Both the position numbers and the translations under genes were made by a program. Under the pieces are notes generated by a model. It had not been told where the DNA came from, did not search any database, and worked only from the letters and a program-made list of their open reading frames with translations. From Candidatus Aminicenantes bacterium (GTDB lineage: Archaea > Nanobdellota > Nanobdellia > Woesearchaeales > JAFCCF01), in assembly GCA_017610325.1 (NCBI GenBank), contig JAFCCF010000002.1, positions 8,999 to 72,998 on the forward strand: 64,000 nucleotides of DNA, read 5' to 3'. Positions 35,480 to 43,566 of this stretch are shown piece after piece; within the stretch, counting starts at the first letter, position 1, and every line of letters starts with the position of its first letter.

Positions 35480-35709
35480 TTAATGCTGCTTCCTTCCAGA
35501 CCTGACATAGTTTTCAAAAATATCAGTCCTACGGGACAGAAAATCATTGTCCAAACCAAGACCAATAACCATGGAAAGCATCGCTTCCCATGCTTCGGTT
35601 CCACCGTATAGCCCGTTTGCGGTAACAGGAGAGGGCTAATCTCCCAACCTAGCCTGCTCGAGGATGGGGATGATTTTGGCTTTTTTAAGGTTTTCGGAAT
35701 AGTTGAACG
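35480..35709 (-). pseudogene. start-less gene remnant with an in-frame TAG, abutting the IS
   Basis: Minus-strand frame reads ...ENLKKAKIIPILEQARLGD*PSPVTANGLYGGTEAWEAMLSMVIGLGLDNDFLSRRTDIFENYVRSGRKQH*. TAG at 35638-35636, TAA at 35482-35480. No start codon even across the reconstructed pre-insertion junction. GC is visibly above the local background. Confidence 0.4.
35695..35709. repeat. left 15-bp target-site duplication of the IS
   Basis: cggaatagttgaacg, identical to 36558-36572. Confidence 0.85.
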
Positions 35710-35770
35710 TGTGTAGTATCATGACATATGTCACCACCTTTTAAATTCAGCTATTTTTTGCTGAATTTAG

Positions 35771-35998
35771 GTGGTATATATGAACAAAGCAGAGATAAGA
35801 AAAGAATTCTTCAAGTTAAAAAACAAAGGTTTTTCCTATGCGCAATGTAGAAGGATACTGAAAGCAAAGCATAGATATGAAGTCACAATTAGGACTCTCA
35901 AAAGATGGATTAAGCGACTTGAGTCTGATAATTGGGATTTGTTAACCTTACTTGAACATCTCAAAAATCACTATAAACCGGATACTACAGAAACATAA
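35771..35998 (+). CDS. IS transposase N-terminal HTH part (orfA)
   Basis: FSYAQCRRILKAKHRYEVTIRTLKRWIKR is HTH-like. It ends in the overlap with orfB. Confidence 0.6.
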   Translation: MVYMNKAEIRKEFFKLKNKGFSYAQCRRILKAKHRYEVTIRTLKRWIKRLESDNWDLLTLLEHLKNHYKPDTTET

Positions 35999-36527
35999 TC
36001 TATGTCGAGAAACGAAGAACAGAGGTAAACAAAAAAAGTGGGTTAGATGGCAGAGAGAGCATCCAAATAGTCTATGGCAGGTTGATCATACAGATGAACA
36101 AGAATTGTTTGATTGCTATACTCTTTCTGTGTTAGATGATTGTTCTAGATATAGTTTAGCTTTAGTTAAGCTAAATAGAGTTACAACCAATGCAGTAACT
36201 ATAATACTAGATAATCTCATTAAAAAACATGGTAAACCTCGTCAGATACTTACAGATAATGGGGGGGCGTATGGTTTAAAAAGCAGACATAGTAAATTTG
36301 ATAGATGGTGTAGAAGAAGAGGGATAGAACACATAAGAACAAAGGTGCATAGTCCAACTACTAATGGTAAGGTAGAGAGATTGTTTAAGACAATGGATGA
36401 TGAGTTAGAGTTTTGTAATAAGGATCTTGAGTTATTTAGAATGAGGTATAATCATTTCAGACCTCATTCAAGCTTGAATAATAAAGCTCCTGCCGAGATA
36501 TATTTTGCGTTTCATAGGCTCTTTTAG
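35952..36527 (+). CDS. IS transposase DDE (rve) catalytic part (orfB), +1 frame relative to orfA
   Basis: WQVDHTDE (D), LTDNGGAYG (D), NGKVERLFKTMDDE (E), plus ITINRILQKHNL as a second HTH. The frame switch lies around the ctcaaaaatc run. Confidence 0.7.
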   Translation: MNISKITINRILQKHNLCRETKNRGKQKKWVRWQREHPNSLWQVDHTDEQELFDCYTLSVLDDCSRYSLALVKLNRVTTNAVTIILDNLIKKHGKPRQILTDNGGAYGLKSRHSKFDRWCRRRGIEHIRTKVHSPTTNGKVERLFKTMDDELEFCNKDLELFRMRYNHFRPHSSLNNKAPAEIYFAFHRLF

Positions 36528-36557
36528 TACTAGTGACATATGTCATGAGAGCGCACA

Positions 36558-36572
36558 CGGAATAGTTGAACG
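36558..36572. repeat. right 15-bp target-site duplication of the IS
   Basis: cggaatagttgaacg. Confidence 0.85.
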
Positions 36573-36622
36573 AAACTTATTTAAGAGAGCTTTACCAAAA
36601 TATACATAAAAAAGGTGTTATA

Positions 36623-37003
36623 ATGACAAAAGAACAGGGCTTTTACACAATAATCATCTCTATTGTTGCTCTTGTTGCTCTTGTGAGTTTGTTTCTCAAT
36701 TTTGAGCCTAGGGAGCCCTTTACTAATTCTAAGTATAAAAGCACAAACCTGATGGGGCAGGCCTCAGCAGAACCCTTGGATAAGTTATATTATGAGGCAC
36801 TTTGGATTGAGTTCCAACTGTATGAGAGGGAAGACCCGCAGTTGGAAAAGACGAACCTTGTTGGAAAGCCCTTTTTTGTTAAGAAGAAGTACTGGGATCA
36901 AACCTGCGATTATTTTTCAAAATGGGCAGCGCATGTTGAGGATTCTAACAATGAGGAGCAATTCTTTGAGAGTTGTATGGAAAATAACCTTCTGAAAATT
37001 TAG
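36623..37003 (+). CDS. small signal-anchored/secreted protein
   Basis: ATG 36623 is preceded by AAGGTG. It begins MTKEQGFYTIIISIVALVALVSLF. The track TTG start 36566 lies inside the IS target duplication. Confidence 0.5.
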   Translation: MTKEQGFYTIIISIVALVALVSLFLNFEPREPFTNSKYKSTNLMGQASAEPLDKLYYEALWIEFQLYEREDPQLEKTNLVGKPFFVKKKYWDQTCDYFSKWAAHVEDSNNEEQFFESCMENNLLKI

Positions 37004-37104
37004 AATTCCCAAATTGATTTTCCTCCAAGAATGGAAACAGTTATAAACCAGTATAGTCTTAGGTATACTCAACCAGATTTAAATAAATAAAACGAGGTGA
37101 AAAA

Positions 37105-37422
37105 ATGTCTGATAAAACAAATTACTATCTTATTTCAATGGTTGCTATTGTAGCTATTGTTGGAATAGTTGTTTTGTTTTCCGGAAGCAATCAAGGAGTA
37201 ACATCTCCCTCAGGAACCTTAGATGCAGAGTATGACGGGAATGACCCAAGCGAGGAATTCTACAATAGTAACGTTGTTGGGGAGCATGGAAGGGGAGTTG
37301 AATATAAATGTGTAGGGGGAGCAATGAATACAGAGACTTGTGGAACTTTTACTAGATCTAAAGCAGCAAGAGATTGTAGGACTGGTGGCGGCGTGTGCCG
37401 TAGTCCAAACGAAAGAGTTTAA
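37105..37422 (+). CDS. small signal-anchored/secreted Cys-containing protein
   Basis: MSDKTNYYLISMVAIVAIVGIVVLF is an N-terminal anchor similar to the preceding gene. GAGGTG lies upstream of the ATG. Confidence 0.5.
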   Translation: MSDKTNYYLISMVAIVAIVGIVVLFSGSNQGVTSPSGTLDAEYDGNDPSEEFYNSNVVGEHGRGVEYKCVGGAMNTETCGTFTRSKAARDCRTGGGVCRSPNERV

Positions 37423-37435
37423 TCCAGTATATTAA

Positions 37436-38461
37436 ATGGTACTAGAACACCTATTCCCAGAGAACTGGCTTGAGAAAAAGATAAGGTATGCTTTTATAAT
37501 TGCAGTTGTGTATTCAACGCTTGGCATAATTGTGGCCAGGCTTTTGTTTGGGGCAAATTCAGGTATTGTTTCTGTTGTTTTTACTTCTCTTCTGCTGCTT
37601 CCGTACCTTCAGAAGCTATTTGTAAAGGAGGAGAAAAAAGAAGAGAAGGAAAAAAGGTTTTCCCTAAAAGAACTTTGGAAAGACAACAAAGTTGCTATTA
37701 AAGTGTACATGACACTCTTTTTGGGAATCTTCTTTACATATGCATTTTATTCCTTTTTATTGCCACAGCTTGGCTTTAACACATTCAACATCTTCAAGGA
37801 ACAACTCTTTGTTGACCCTGCCCTAAGAGGCCATGCATTTGGCTATGGAACATTCCTATCAATCCTATCAAATAACTGGTGGGTGTTGCTTGCATGCTTT
37901 TTGATTGCCCTTGTTGTTGGAAACGGCGCTGTATTTTTCATTACCTGGAACGCAAGTGCCTGGGGAACACTCTTAGGTTATAGGGCATTGACAGCCGCAT
38001 GGTATTCTGGTGCAAACCCTTATTGGTGTCTGCTGGTTATCTTTGTTATTACATTGCCACATCTTATCTTGGAAGGCGGTGCGTATATCCTGGCAGCAAT
38101 ATCAGGTAGTGTAATCTCAGATGGGATAATCAAAAAATCAAAGGAAGTCAAGGCATTTATCCAATATGCGGCAGTTGGTGTAGTTGTATTCGTTTTGTTC
38201 TATTTTACCTATAAAATCATAATCGGGACAACAAGTACAGTAACATTCAGCTTGCTGAGTATCGTTATAATAACTGGCTTAATACATTTAATAGGAAGGT
38301 TGTTCAAAAGCAAAAAACACAAAGAGGTTTTCATCTATAACTATAACCTTTTTATTATTGCAATCATTGTGTTTGCGATTGGAGCATTGGTTGAAACATT
38401 TGTTCTTAATTATTCAGGCATATTGAACGATATTTACTATTATAGCTTTATGTTTAGATGA
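37436..38461 (+). CDS. SpoIIM/DUF95-like polytopic membrane protein
   Basis: LSNNWWVLLACFLIALVVGNGAVFFITWNASAWG and LPHLILEGGAYILAA resemble the stage II sporulation protein M family, from memory. Confidence 0.55.
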   Translation: MVLEHLFPENWLEKKIRYAFIIAVVYSTLGIIVARLLFGANSGIVSVVFTSLLLLPYLQKLFVKEEKKEEKEKRFSLKELWKDNKVAIKVYMTLFLGIFFTYAFYSFLLPQLGFNTFNIFKEQLFVDPALRGHAFGYGTFLSILSNNWWVLLACFLIALVVGNGAVFFITWNASAWGTLLGYRALTAAWYSGANPYWCLLVIFVITLPHLILEGGAYILAAISGSVISDGIIKKSKEVKAFIQYAAVGVVVFVLFYFTYKIIIGTTSTVTFSLLSIVIITGLIHLIGRLFKSKKHKEVFIYNYNLFIIAIIVFAIGALVETFVLNYSGILNDIYYYSFMFR

Positions 38462-38521
38462 ATGCTCAATATTTCAGAAATATTTATATAATACCCTTCA
38501 TATTATCTATTCTGGGGGAAG

Positions 38522-39322
38522 ATGGAAGATAGGATATTATTTCTGGGAACTGGCGGTGATATAATTATAGTTGGAAAGCAGGTTCTTGGTGCTGGTGGAA
38601 TAATACTTGATGTAGAAGGGATGCAGTTTCATATTGACCCTGGACCAGGCGCCCTAACTGCGGCTAAGCAGTATGATATTAACCTTAGGGAGAATACTGC
38701 TGTGTTTGTTTCCCACAACCATTTAAATCATTGTAATGATATCAATGCCGTGATTGGTGCTATGACACATTCGGGTATGGATATTAAGGGTGTGGTTGTC
38801 ACAAATAAGACTGTATTCAACGGCACTGAGGAGATGCTGCCTGTACTAACAAATTTCCATAAACAGTGCCTTGAGAGGAGCATAGCAATGGACGCTGGCC
38901 AGAAGCTTGGAATAAATAATGTCGAGGTTAGGGCAATACCTGCAAAGCATACAGACCCTAATTCAATTGGTTTCAAGTTTTTCACACCAAAGTTAATACT
39001 CACCTATACATCCGATACAGGATATGACGAAGATCTTATCCAGCATTATAAGGATTCTGATGTTATTATCCTAAATGTCTTGAATCCAAAAGGTGTAAAG
39101 AACGAATTTCAGCTTTCAACCGATGATGCAATAAAGATTCTTGAGGCAGTTAAACCAAAGCTAGCAATAATAACTCATTTTGGTGTTAAGATGATTAAGG
39201 CAGACGTTATTAATGAGGCTAGGGAGATACAGAAATCTACTGGCGTGCAGACAATTGCAGCGAAAGACGGCATGGTGGTCAACCCATTAACTTATTCTAC
39301 AAGCGTAAAACGGAAAATCTAA
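38522..39322 (+). CDS. metallo-beta-lactamase-fold hydrolase
   Basis: ILFLGTGG; VFVSHNHLNHCND (HxHxxH variant); ITHFG near the C-terminus. Confidence 0.6.
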   Translation: MEDRILFLGTGGDIIIVGKQVLGAGGIILDVEGMQFHIDPGPGALTAAKQYDINLRENTAVFVSHNHLNHCNDINAVIGAMTHSGMDIKGVVVTNKTVFNGTEEMLPVLTNFHKQCLERSIAMDAGQKLGINNVEVRAIPAKHTDPNSIGFKFFTPKLILTYTSDTGYDEDLIQHYKDSDVIILNVLNPKGVKNEFQLSTDDAIKILEAVKPKLAIITHFGVKMIKADVINEAREIQKSTGVQTIAAKDGMVVNPLTYSTSVKRKI

Positions 39323-40236
39323 ATCAGAAGCAGGATAATTCCATATCCCATAAAGCAACCTAAGCTTATAAATGGCATTGCAGGATAGAACTTGCCCTCT
39401 TTGCTCAGGAACATAAGCCCAGCCAATGCAAGGGTTGCAAACCCCGCAATTATCATGGCCATGGACAAGGCTGCGCTGAAAGCCAGACCACTCAGCACAA
39501 GTTTTTCCATGACAACAGCTGCAAATAGGATTGGAAATGCAACATCCCCGCCTCCAATAATTGCACTGCTCGCTTTACTGACAACTGTTTTTGTTATTTT
39601 AACTCCTTTTTTTGCGACTTTAGTCTTTTTTGGTGCTTTCTTTTTATATGATATTGATAAACCAGCAAATATTTTCGAGTCTGTCTGGAACTCTGCAAGC
39701 TTTACCATGTGTTTGCTCTTCCATACAGCTATCATGTCATAGACTGAGATTATCAATAGTAGCATTATCACAGAGAATAGGTTTAGTATTGGAACAAATA
39801 TAGCAGCTAAGCCGCCGTATATGAATATCTCGGTTATGTTATGGATAATAGGGTTTGTCTTTAGGATTTTCCAGATAGCAAACAATAGTGCAAGTATGAA
39901 CGCAACCAGTTGCGGCAGGAATGCTCCTAAAGCAAACGAAAGGCACATTACCACAGCCAAGAAATACCACATCTTCCACAACCTTACTTTCTTGAACTTG
40001 ATAATCAATAACATGACCCCGGTTCCAACCAACACCCCAAGTATTATGTAAATGAATGAGCTTGTCTTTGGAACATCTGGGCGTTCAAAGCCAAATGGAA
40101 GCTCATTGTATGTAACCTCACCGGTCTCAGCTGTTGCAGCAATATCAATATACTTTGCATTGATTACAATCCCAATTACCTGCGCACAGAAAAAAACAAG
40201 GATAAGAAATAATGTTATCTTAAGTGTGTGTTTCAT
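39319..40236 (-). CDS. presenilin/signal-peptide-peptidase homologue (GxGD intramembrane aspartyl protease, A22 family)
   Basis: ISVYDMIAVW (YD), IIGGGDVAFPILF (GxGD), YPAMPFISLG (PAL-like). About 9 TM helices. Confidence 0.8.
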   Translation of the reverse strand: MKHTLKITLFLILVFFCAQVIGIVINAKYIDIAATAETGEVTYNELPFGFERPDVPKTSSFIYIILGVLVGTGVMLLIIKFKKVRLWKMWYFLAVVMCLSFALGAFLPQLVAFILALLFAIWKILKTNPIIHNITEIFIYGGLAAIFVPILNLFSVIMLLLIISVYDMIAVWKSKHMVKLAEFQTDSKIFAGLSISYKKKAPKKTKVAKKGVKITKTVVSKASSAIIGGGDVAFPILFAAVVMEKLVLSGLAFSAALSMAMIIAGFATLALAGLMFLSKEGKFYPAMPFISLGCFMGYGIILLLI

Positions 40237-40862
40237 TGTAACCTCTTTATTGCTTCATAGGTTCTTATTAAATCCTTTGCTTCAACATAAATTATTAATT
40301 CAGGTGTACAGCTCAATATCTCCACTATATTTATTCTGTTGGTCTGTAGGTTTGCTGTGATATAAGCTACAATGCCCTTTGTCTTGATTGCGCTCTCCGG
40401 GAAAGTCAGGTTAAGCTCCGCTATGCTGTTTATTACTTTTATTATGTCCCTTCTATTGAAAATCTCCTTGAGCTTGTTAACTTTAGAACCATCCACAAAC
40501 AACTTCAATGATTGATTGCCTTCAACAATCTTGAGTGTCTCATTTTTGTTATAGTTCACTAAAGAGATTACCTGCCCTAATTTTGAAAGAACCTCTTGAT
40601 TTTTCTCAAGGCATACAATAGATATACCTTCTTTTGTGGTAATGTTAATCTTTTTAACAATATCTAGTGTATCCTTGTCTGTTTTAGTAATCTCAATCCT
40701 TCTCAGTGCTGTGATTACTGCATCAGTTCTGTCACTTAGTTTGTCTTCCCGGATAATGTGCTTGGCAAGAGCCCTTCTGTTAATCAGGTCTTTTACAAAA
40801 GCACCCTTTATGTCTGGGTTTTTGTTAAAAAAATAATTTAGCTCAAAGGTTAGATTGGTCAT
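40233..40862 (-). CDS. hypothetical protein, possible C-terminal ACT-like domain
   Basis: 209 aa. The C-terminus KGIVAYITANLQTNRINIVEILSCTPELIIYVEAKDLIRTYEAI is ACT-like. Has an ATGA-type overlap with the presenilin homologue gene. Confidence 0.4.
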   Translation of the reverse strand: MTNLTFELNYFFNKNPDIKGAFVKDLINRRALAKHIIREDKLSDRTDAVITALRRIEITKTDKDTLDIVKKINITTKEGISIVCLEKNQEVLSKLGQVISLVNYNKNETLKIVEGNQSLKLFVDGSKVNKLKEIFNRRDIIKVINSIAELNLTFPESAIKTKGIVAYITANLQTNRINIVEILSCTPELIIYVEAKDLIRTYEAIKRLQ

Positions 40863-41054
40863 ATTTACTTGAAACTGGTCAAAATTATATAAACTTTTCT
40901 ATTTTTGTCACAATACTTAAATACAACCTGGATGTTACACAGGAACAACATGAGAACTAACCATTATACAGGATATATCGCTTGGTGGTAATTCTACTTC
41001 TCTCATTGTCAAAAAGGTGATAATTCAACATGTAATTTTAAGGAGGAAAATAAA

Positions 41055-41669
41055 ATGAAAGCTCAAACACAAAAAGAACAAACAATCGAAAGCCCGGTTA
41101 AGGCATTGCTGCCAGAGCATGCAAGTTCAATAGAAGGAACAACCATTGTTGATAGATCCTATTTTAGAGGCTATATGGGGCAGCACTATCCTGGTCTGCT
41201 TAAGCTAAAGCCTGTGAAAAATATGCTTCAGAGCGGTGTTTTTAGCGCAAAGTTGCATTCATTTTCTTTTTTGCCAAGATTATTTGATATTGATGACTAT
41301 GTTGTTAATACCATAGTTGTTATACAGAATGGCAGCAATCCACTTTATGTACGGACAAACAACAATGGAACAAGCAAGCTAAATGAAAGAACAGCAATGA
41401 GAAGCATTGACCTACATAATTGCAATGGCCACTGCGAGAGCTATAAGATTCAAAATTCAGAGAATCTATATTCTGCATTGGTTACCACAGATGCTAAAGA
41501 GCTGCGAAGTCCGCTTTATGACCCTTCAATGAAGGTTAGTGGCCCATTAAATGACAGAGTACAGAAATTAATGGAGAATGAAGAGTTTAATAGATTGCGC
41601 AGTGCTTTTGGGTCTATTACGTATCGGGACAAGGATGGTACGATTGTGACAAGCGGTATATTTTGTTAA
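41055..41669 (+). CDS. hypothetical protein
   Basis: 204-aa ORF with AGGAGG 8 nt upstream of the ATG. No recognisable motifs. Confidence 0.45.
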   Translation: MKAQTQKEQTIESPVKALLPEHASSIEGTTIVDRSYFRGYMGQHYPGLLKLKPVKNMLQSGVFSAKLHSFSFLPRLFDIDDYVVNTIVVIQNGSNPLYVRTNNNGTSKLNERTAMRSIDLHNCNGHCESYKIQNSENLYSALVTTDAKELRSPLYDPSMKVSGPLNDRVQKLMENEEFNRLRSAFGSITYRDKDGTIVTSGIFC

Positions 41670-41826
41670 TGTTTCATATCGAATATAAAATTTAAATACA
41701 ACCAGCTACTCATAAACTAAAAAATGCAAACATCAACTCTATTCGGGAATGGAAAGGGTTTTGATAGTCTGTGCCATTTGTTCTATTGTTAGTGACATTA
41801 ATGCTCTAATTCAGTAAGCTTTTTAT

Positions 41827-42939
41827 ATGAATCAGCCAATACTGTACTTTATGACAAAAATCATAGATCCTTACGGGTCAGAATTGGTAGAGGATTATGC
41901 CAAGGTTATCAAAGAGTTTGGCCTTGATAGTTTTAGCGTTAAGAAGTTTCCTAAGCCAAACAAGCTCATGAGGCGCGGTGTTGTGTTTGCTGGCCGTGAC
42001 CTGGAAATCGTCTCAAAGTGCATCAAGGAAAAAAAGCCATTCTATGTGCTAAGCGGTATCATGCCAACCAATGATAAAATTCACTTTGGCACAAAGATGG
42101 TTGTTGAGAACATCCGTTACTTCCAGGAGCAGGGTGCAGAGACATATATTCTGATTGCAGACCTTGAGGCAGCTGCTGCAAGAGGGGTTTCACTTGAAGA
42201 GGGGAGGAAGCGCGCAATGGATTTTCATATTCCAGCATACCTTGCTCTAGGTCTTGACCCTAAAAAGACAATCTTTTATTTCCAGTCAGATAACAAAGCA
42301 GTCATGCACATGGCATATGAATTCAGCAAAAAGATTACGCTTAATGAGTTCCGGGCAATCTACGGAGTTGCAGACCCTGGCAGGATAATGTCGGCAGTTA
42401 CGCAGGTTGGTGACGTGTTGTTCCCCCAGCTTAAGGAGAGGATGCCTGGTATCATCCCGGTTGGCATTGACCAGGACCCGCACATCAGGCTTGCAAGGGA
42501 CGTTGTAAAGCGCAGCAAGGACAAGAAATTTTTCCCAGTATCCTCCTTATACCATAAATATACTCCCAGTCTTGATGGTAGAGTTAAAATGTCAAAGTCA
42601 AGGCCAGAATCATGCATAGAACTTCCAGAAGATCCAAAGCAGGTCTGTAAGAAGATAATGCGCGCAAAGACGGGTGGTAGGGACACAACAGAGGAACAGA
42701 GAAAAAAAGGCGGCCAACCTGAAAAATGCATGATTTTTGAGTTCTACAAACAACACTTGATTGAGGACGATAAAGAACTCCAAAATATCTATGACAGGTG
42801 TAAGAAGGGAGAACTGCTCTGTGGCGAAGACAAACAGCTTTGTTGCAAGAAGATGACTGCATTCCTGAAAGACTTTGAAGAGAAAGTTAAGCAGAACAAG
42901 AAAAAGGTTGATAAGCTTCACTTTATCCAGTTTAAGTGA
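41827..42939 (+). CDS. trpS: tryptophan--tRNA ligase (archaeal/eukaryotic type)
   Basis: Class Ic core: FYVLSGIMPTNDKIHFGT (HIGH-like), KMSKSRPES (KMSKS), TGGRDTTEEQRKKGGQPEKC (archaeal TrpRS block). Confidence 0.8.
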   Translation: MNQPILYFMTKIIDPYGSELVEDYAKVIKEFGLDSFSVKKFPKPNKLMRRGVVFAGRDLEIVSKCIKEKKPFYVLSGIMPTNDKIHFGTKMVVENIRYFQEQGAETYILIADLEAAAARGVSLEEGRKRAMDFHIPAYLALGLDPKKTIFYFQSDNKAVMHMAYEFSKKITLNEFRAIYGVADPGRIMSAVTQVGDVLFPQLKERMPGIIPVGIDQDPHIRLARDVVKRSKDKKFFPVSSLYHKYTPSLDGRVKMSKSRPESCIELPEDPKQVCKKIMRAKTGGRDTTEEQRKKGGQPEKCMIFEFYKQHLIEDDKELQNIYDRCKKGELLCGEDKQLCCKKMTAFLKDFEEKVKQNKKKVDKLHFIQFK

Positions 42940-42981
42940 AAACAAAATTATATATACTTAATCCCTTAATTTCATAATAAT

Positions 42982-43227
42982 ATGGCAAAATATATCAAGA
43001 CAGAAAGGATACCCTTATCAGGTACTTTCATGATTATAAGCATTATTGGATTTATAATCAGTACACAATACACTTTCTCAGGTACCATGAACCAGATCTT
43101 TTTATTTATGGGTCCCTATATTGGCTATTCATTTGGAACAGCATTCATTTTAATATTCCTGCTGATGTTCATTGCTTCTATTGTCTCAATAACCCCGTCA
43201 TTTGACGAATTAAAAGAACTAAAATAA
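42982..43227 (+). CDS. small 2-TM membrane protein
   Basis: 81-aa ORF. TATA-like attatatatac lies about 30 nt upstream. Confidence 0.45.
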   Translation: MAKYIKTERIPLSGTFMIISIIGFIISTQYTFSGTMNQIFLFMGPYIGYSFGTAFILIFLLMFIASIVSITPSFDELKELK

Positions 43228-43566
43228 TTATTTCTGCAGCTTGTCAAACTTATCTTTGCACAGTGCTTCCTTTTTCCATACAACATGGCTGGCCCTCTTC
43301 TCAAAGAGTGCGATTGCCATCTGAATAACATTGGTCTGGAATTTTTTAAGATTTTTGTCCTTGACAACATCTTTTGCATCTTCAATGCATTCATTCATCA
43401 GCTTGGCATGCTCATGCCTGGTATTTTCATCAACAAGTTTTTCCTCTTCCTCTGTTAGAAATATCTCAACCCATCTTGGGTAGACTGATTTATCTGTAGT
43501 TTTTGGAAAGGATTTTGAAAAGGTCATAATAGGGGGTAATGTAAGAATATATTTAAGCTTTATCAA
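43228..43566 (-). CDS. hypothetical 112-aa protein coupled to the HerA-like ATPase
   Basis: The start overlaps the ATPase stop by 4 nt. Acidic/helical; no recognisable family. Confidence 0.45.
   Translation of the reverse strand: MIKLKYILTLPPIMTFSKSFPKTTDKSVYPRWVEIFLTEEEEKLVDENTRHEHAKLMNECIEDAKDVVKDKNLKKFQTNVIQMAIALFEKRASHVVWKKEALCKDKFDKLQK

Larger units (their letters stand above)
35710..36557 (+). mobile_element. 848-bp insertion sequence, rve-type DDE transposase (IS481/IS3-superfamily-like)
   Basis: Terminal IRs are tgtgtagtatcatgacatatgtcac (left) and tgtgcgctctcatgacatatgtcac (right, reverse complement), 21/25 identical with TGTG...CACA ends. Flanked by a perfect 15-bp direct repeat. 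Encodes HTH plus DDE integrase-core ORFs. Confidence 0.85.

Noticed and set aside
35952-35998. Programmed -1 ribosomal frameshift in the IS transposase
   Set aside because: orfB is +1, not -1, relative to orfA, and no X-XXY-YYZ heptamer in the correct register was found. An indel in the A-run is at least as likely.
36566-36622. TTG start of the 145-aa track ORF
   Set aside because: This start lies within the IS target-site duplication, so it would have been created by the insertion. The SD-preceded ATG 36623 gives a canonical signal-anchor N-terminus.
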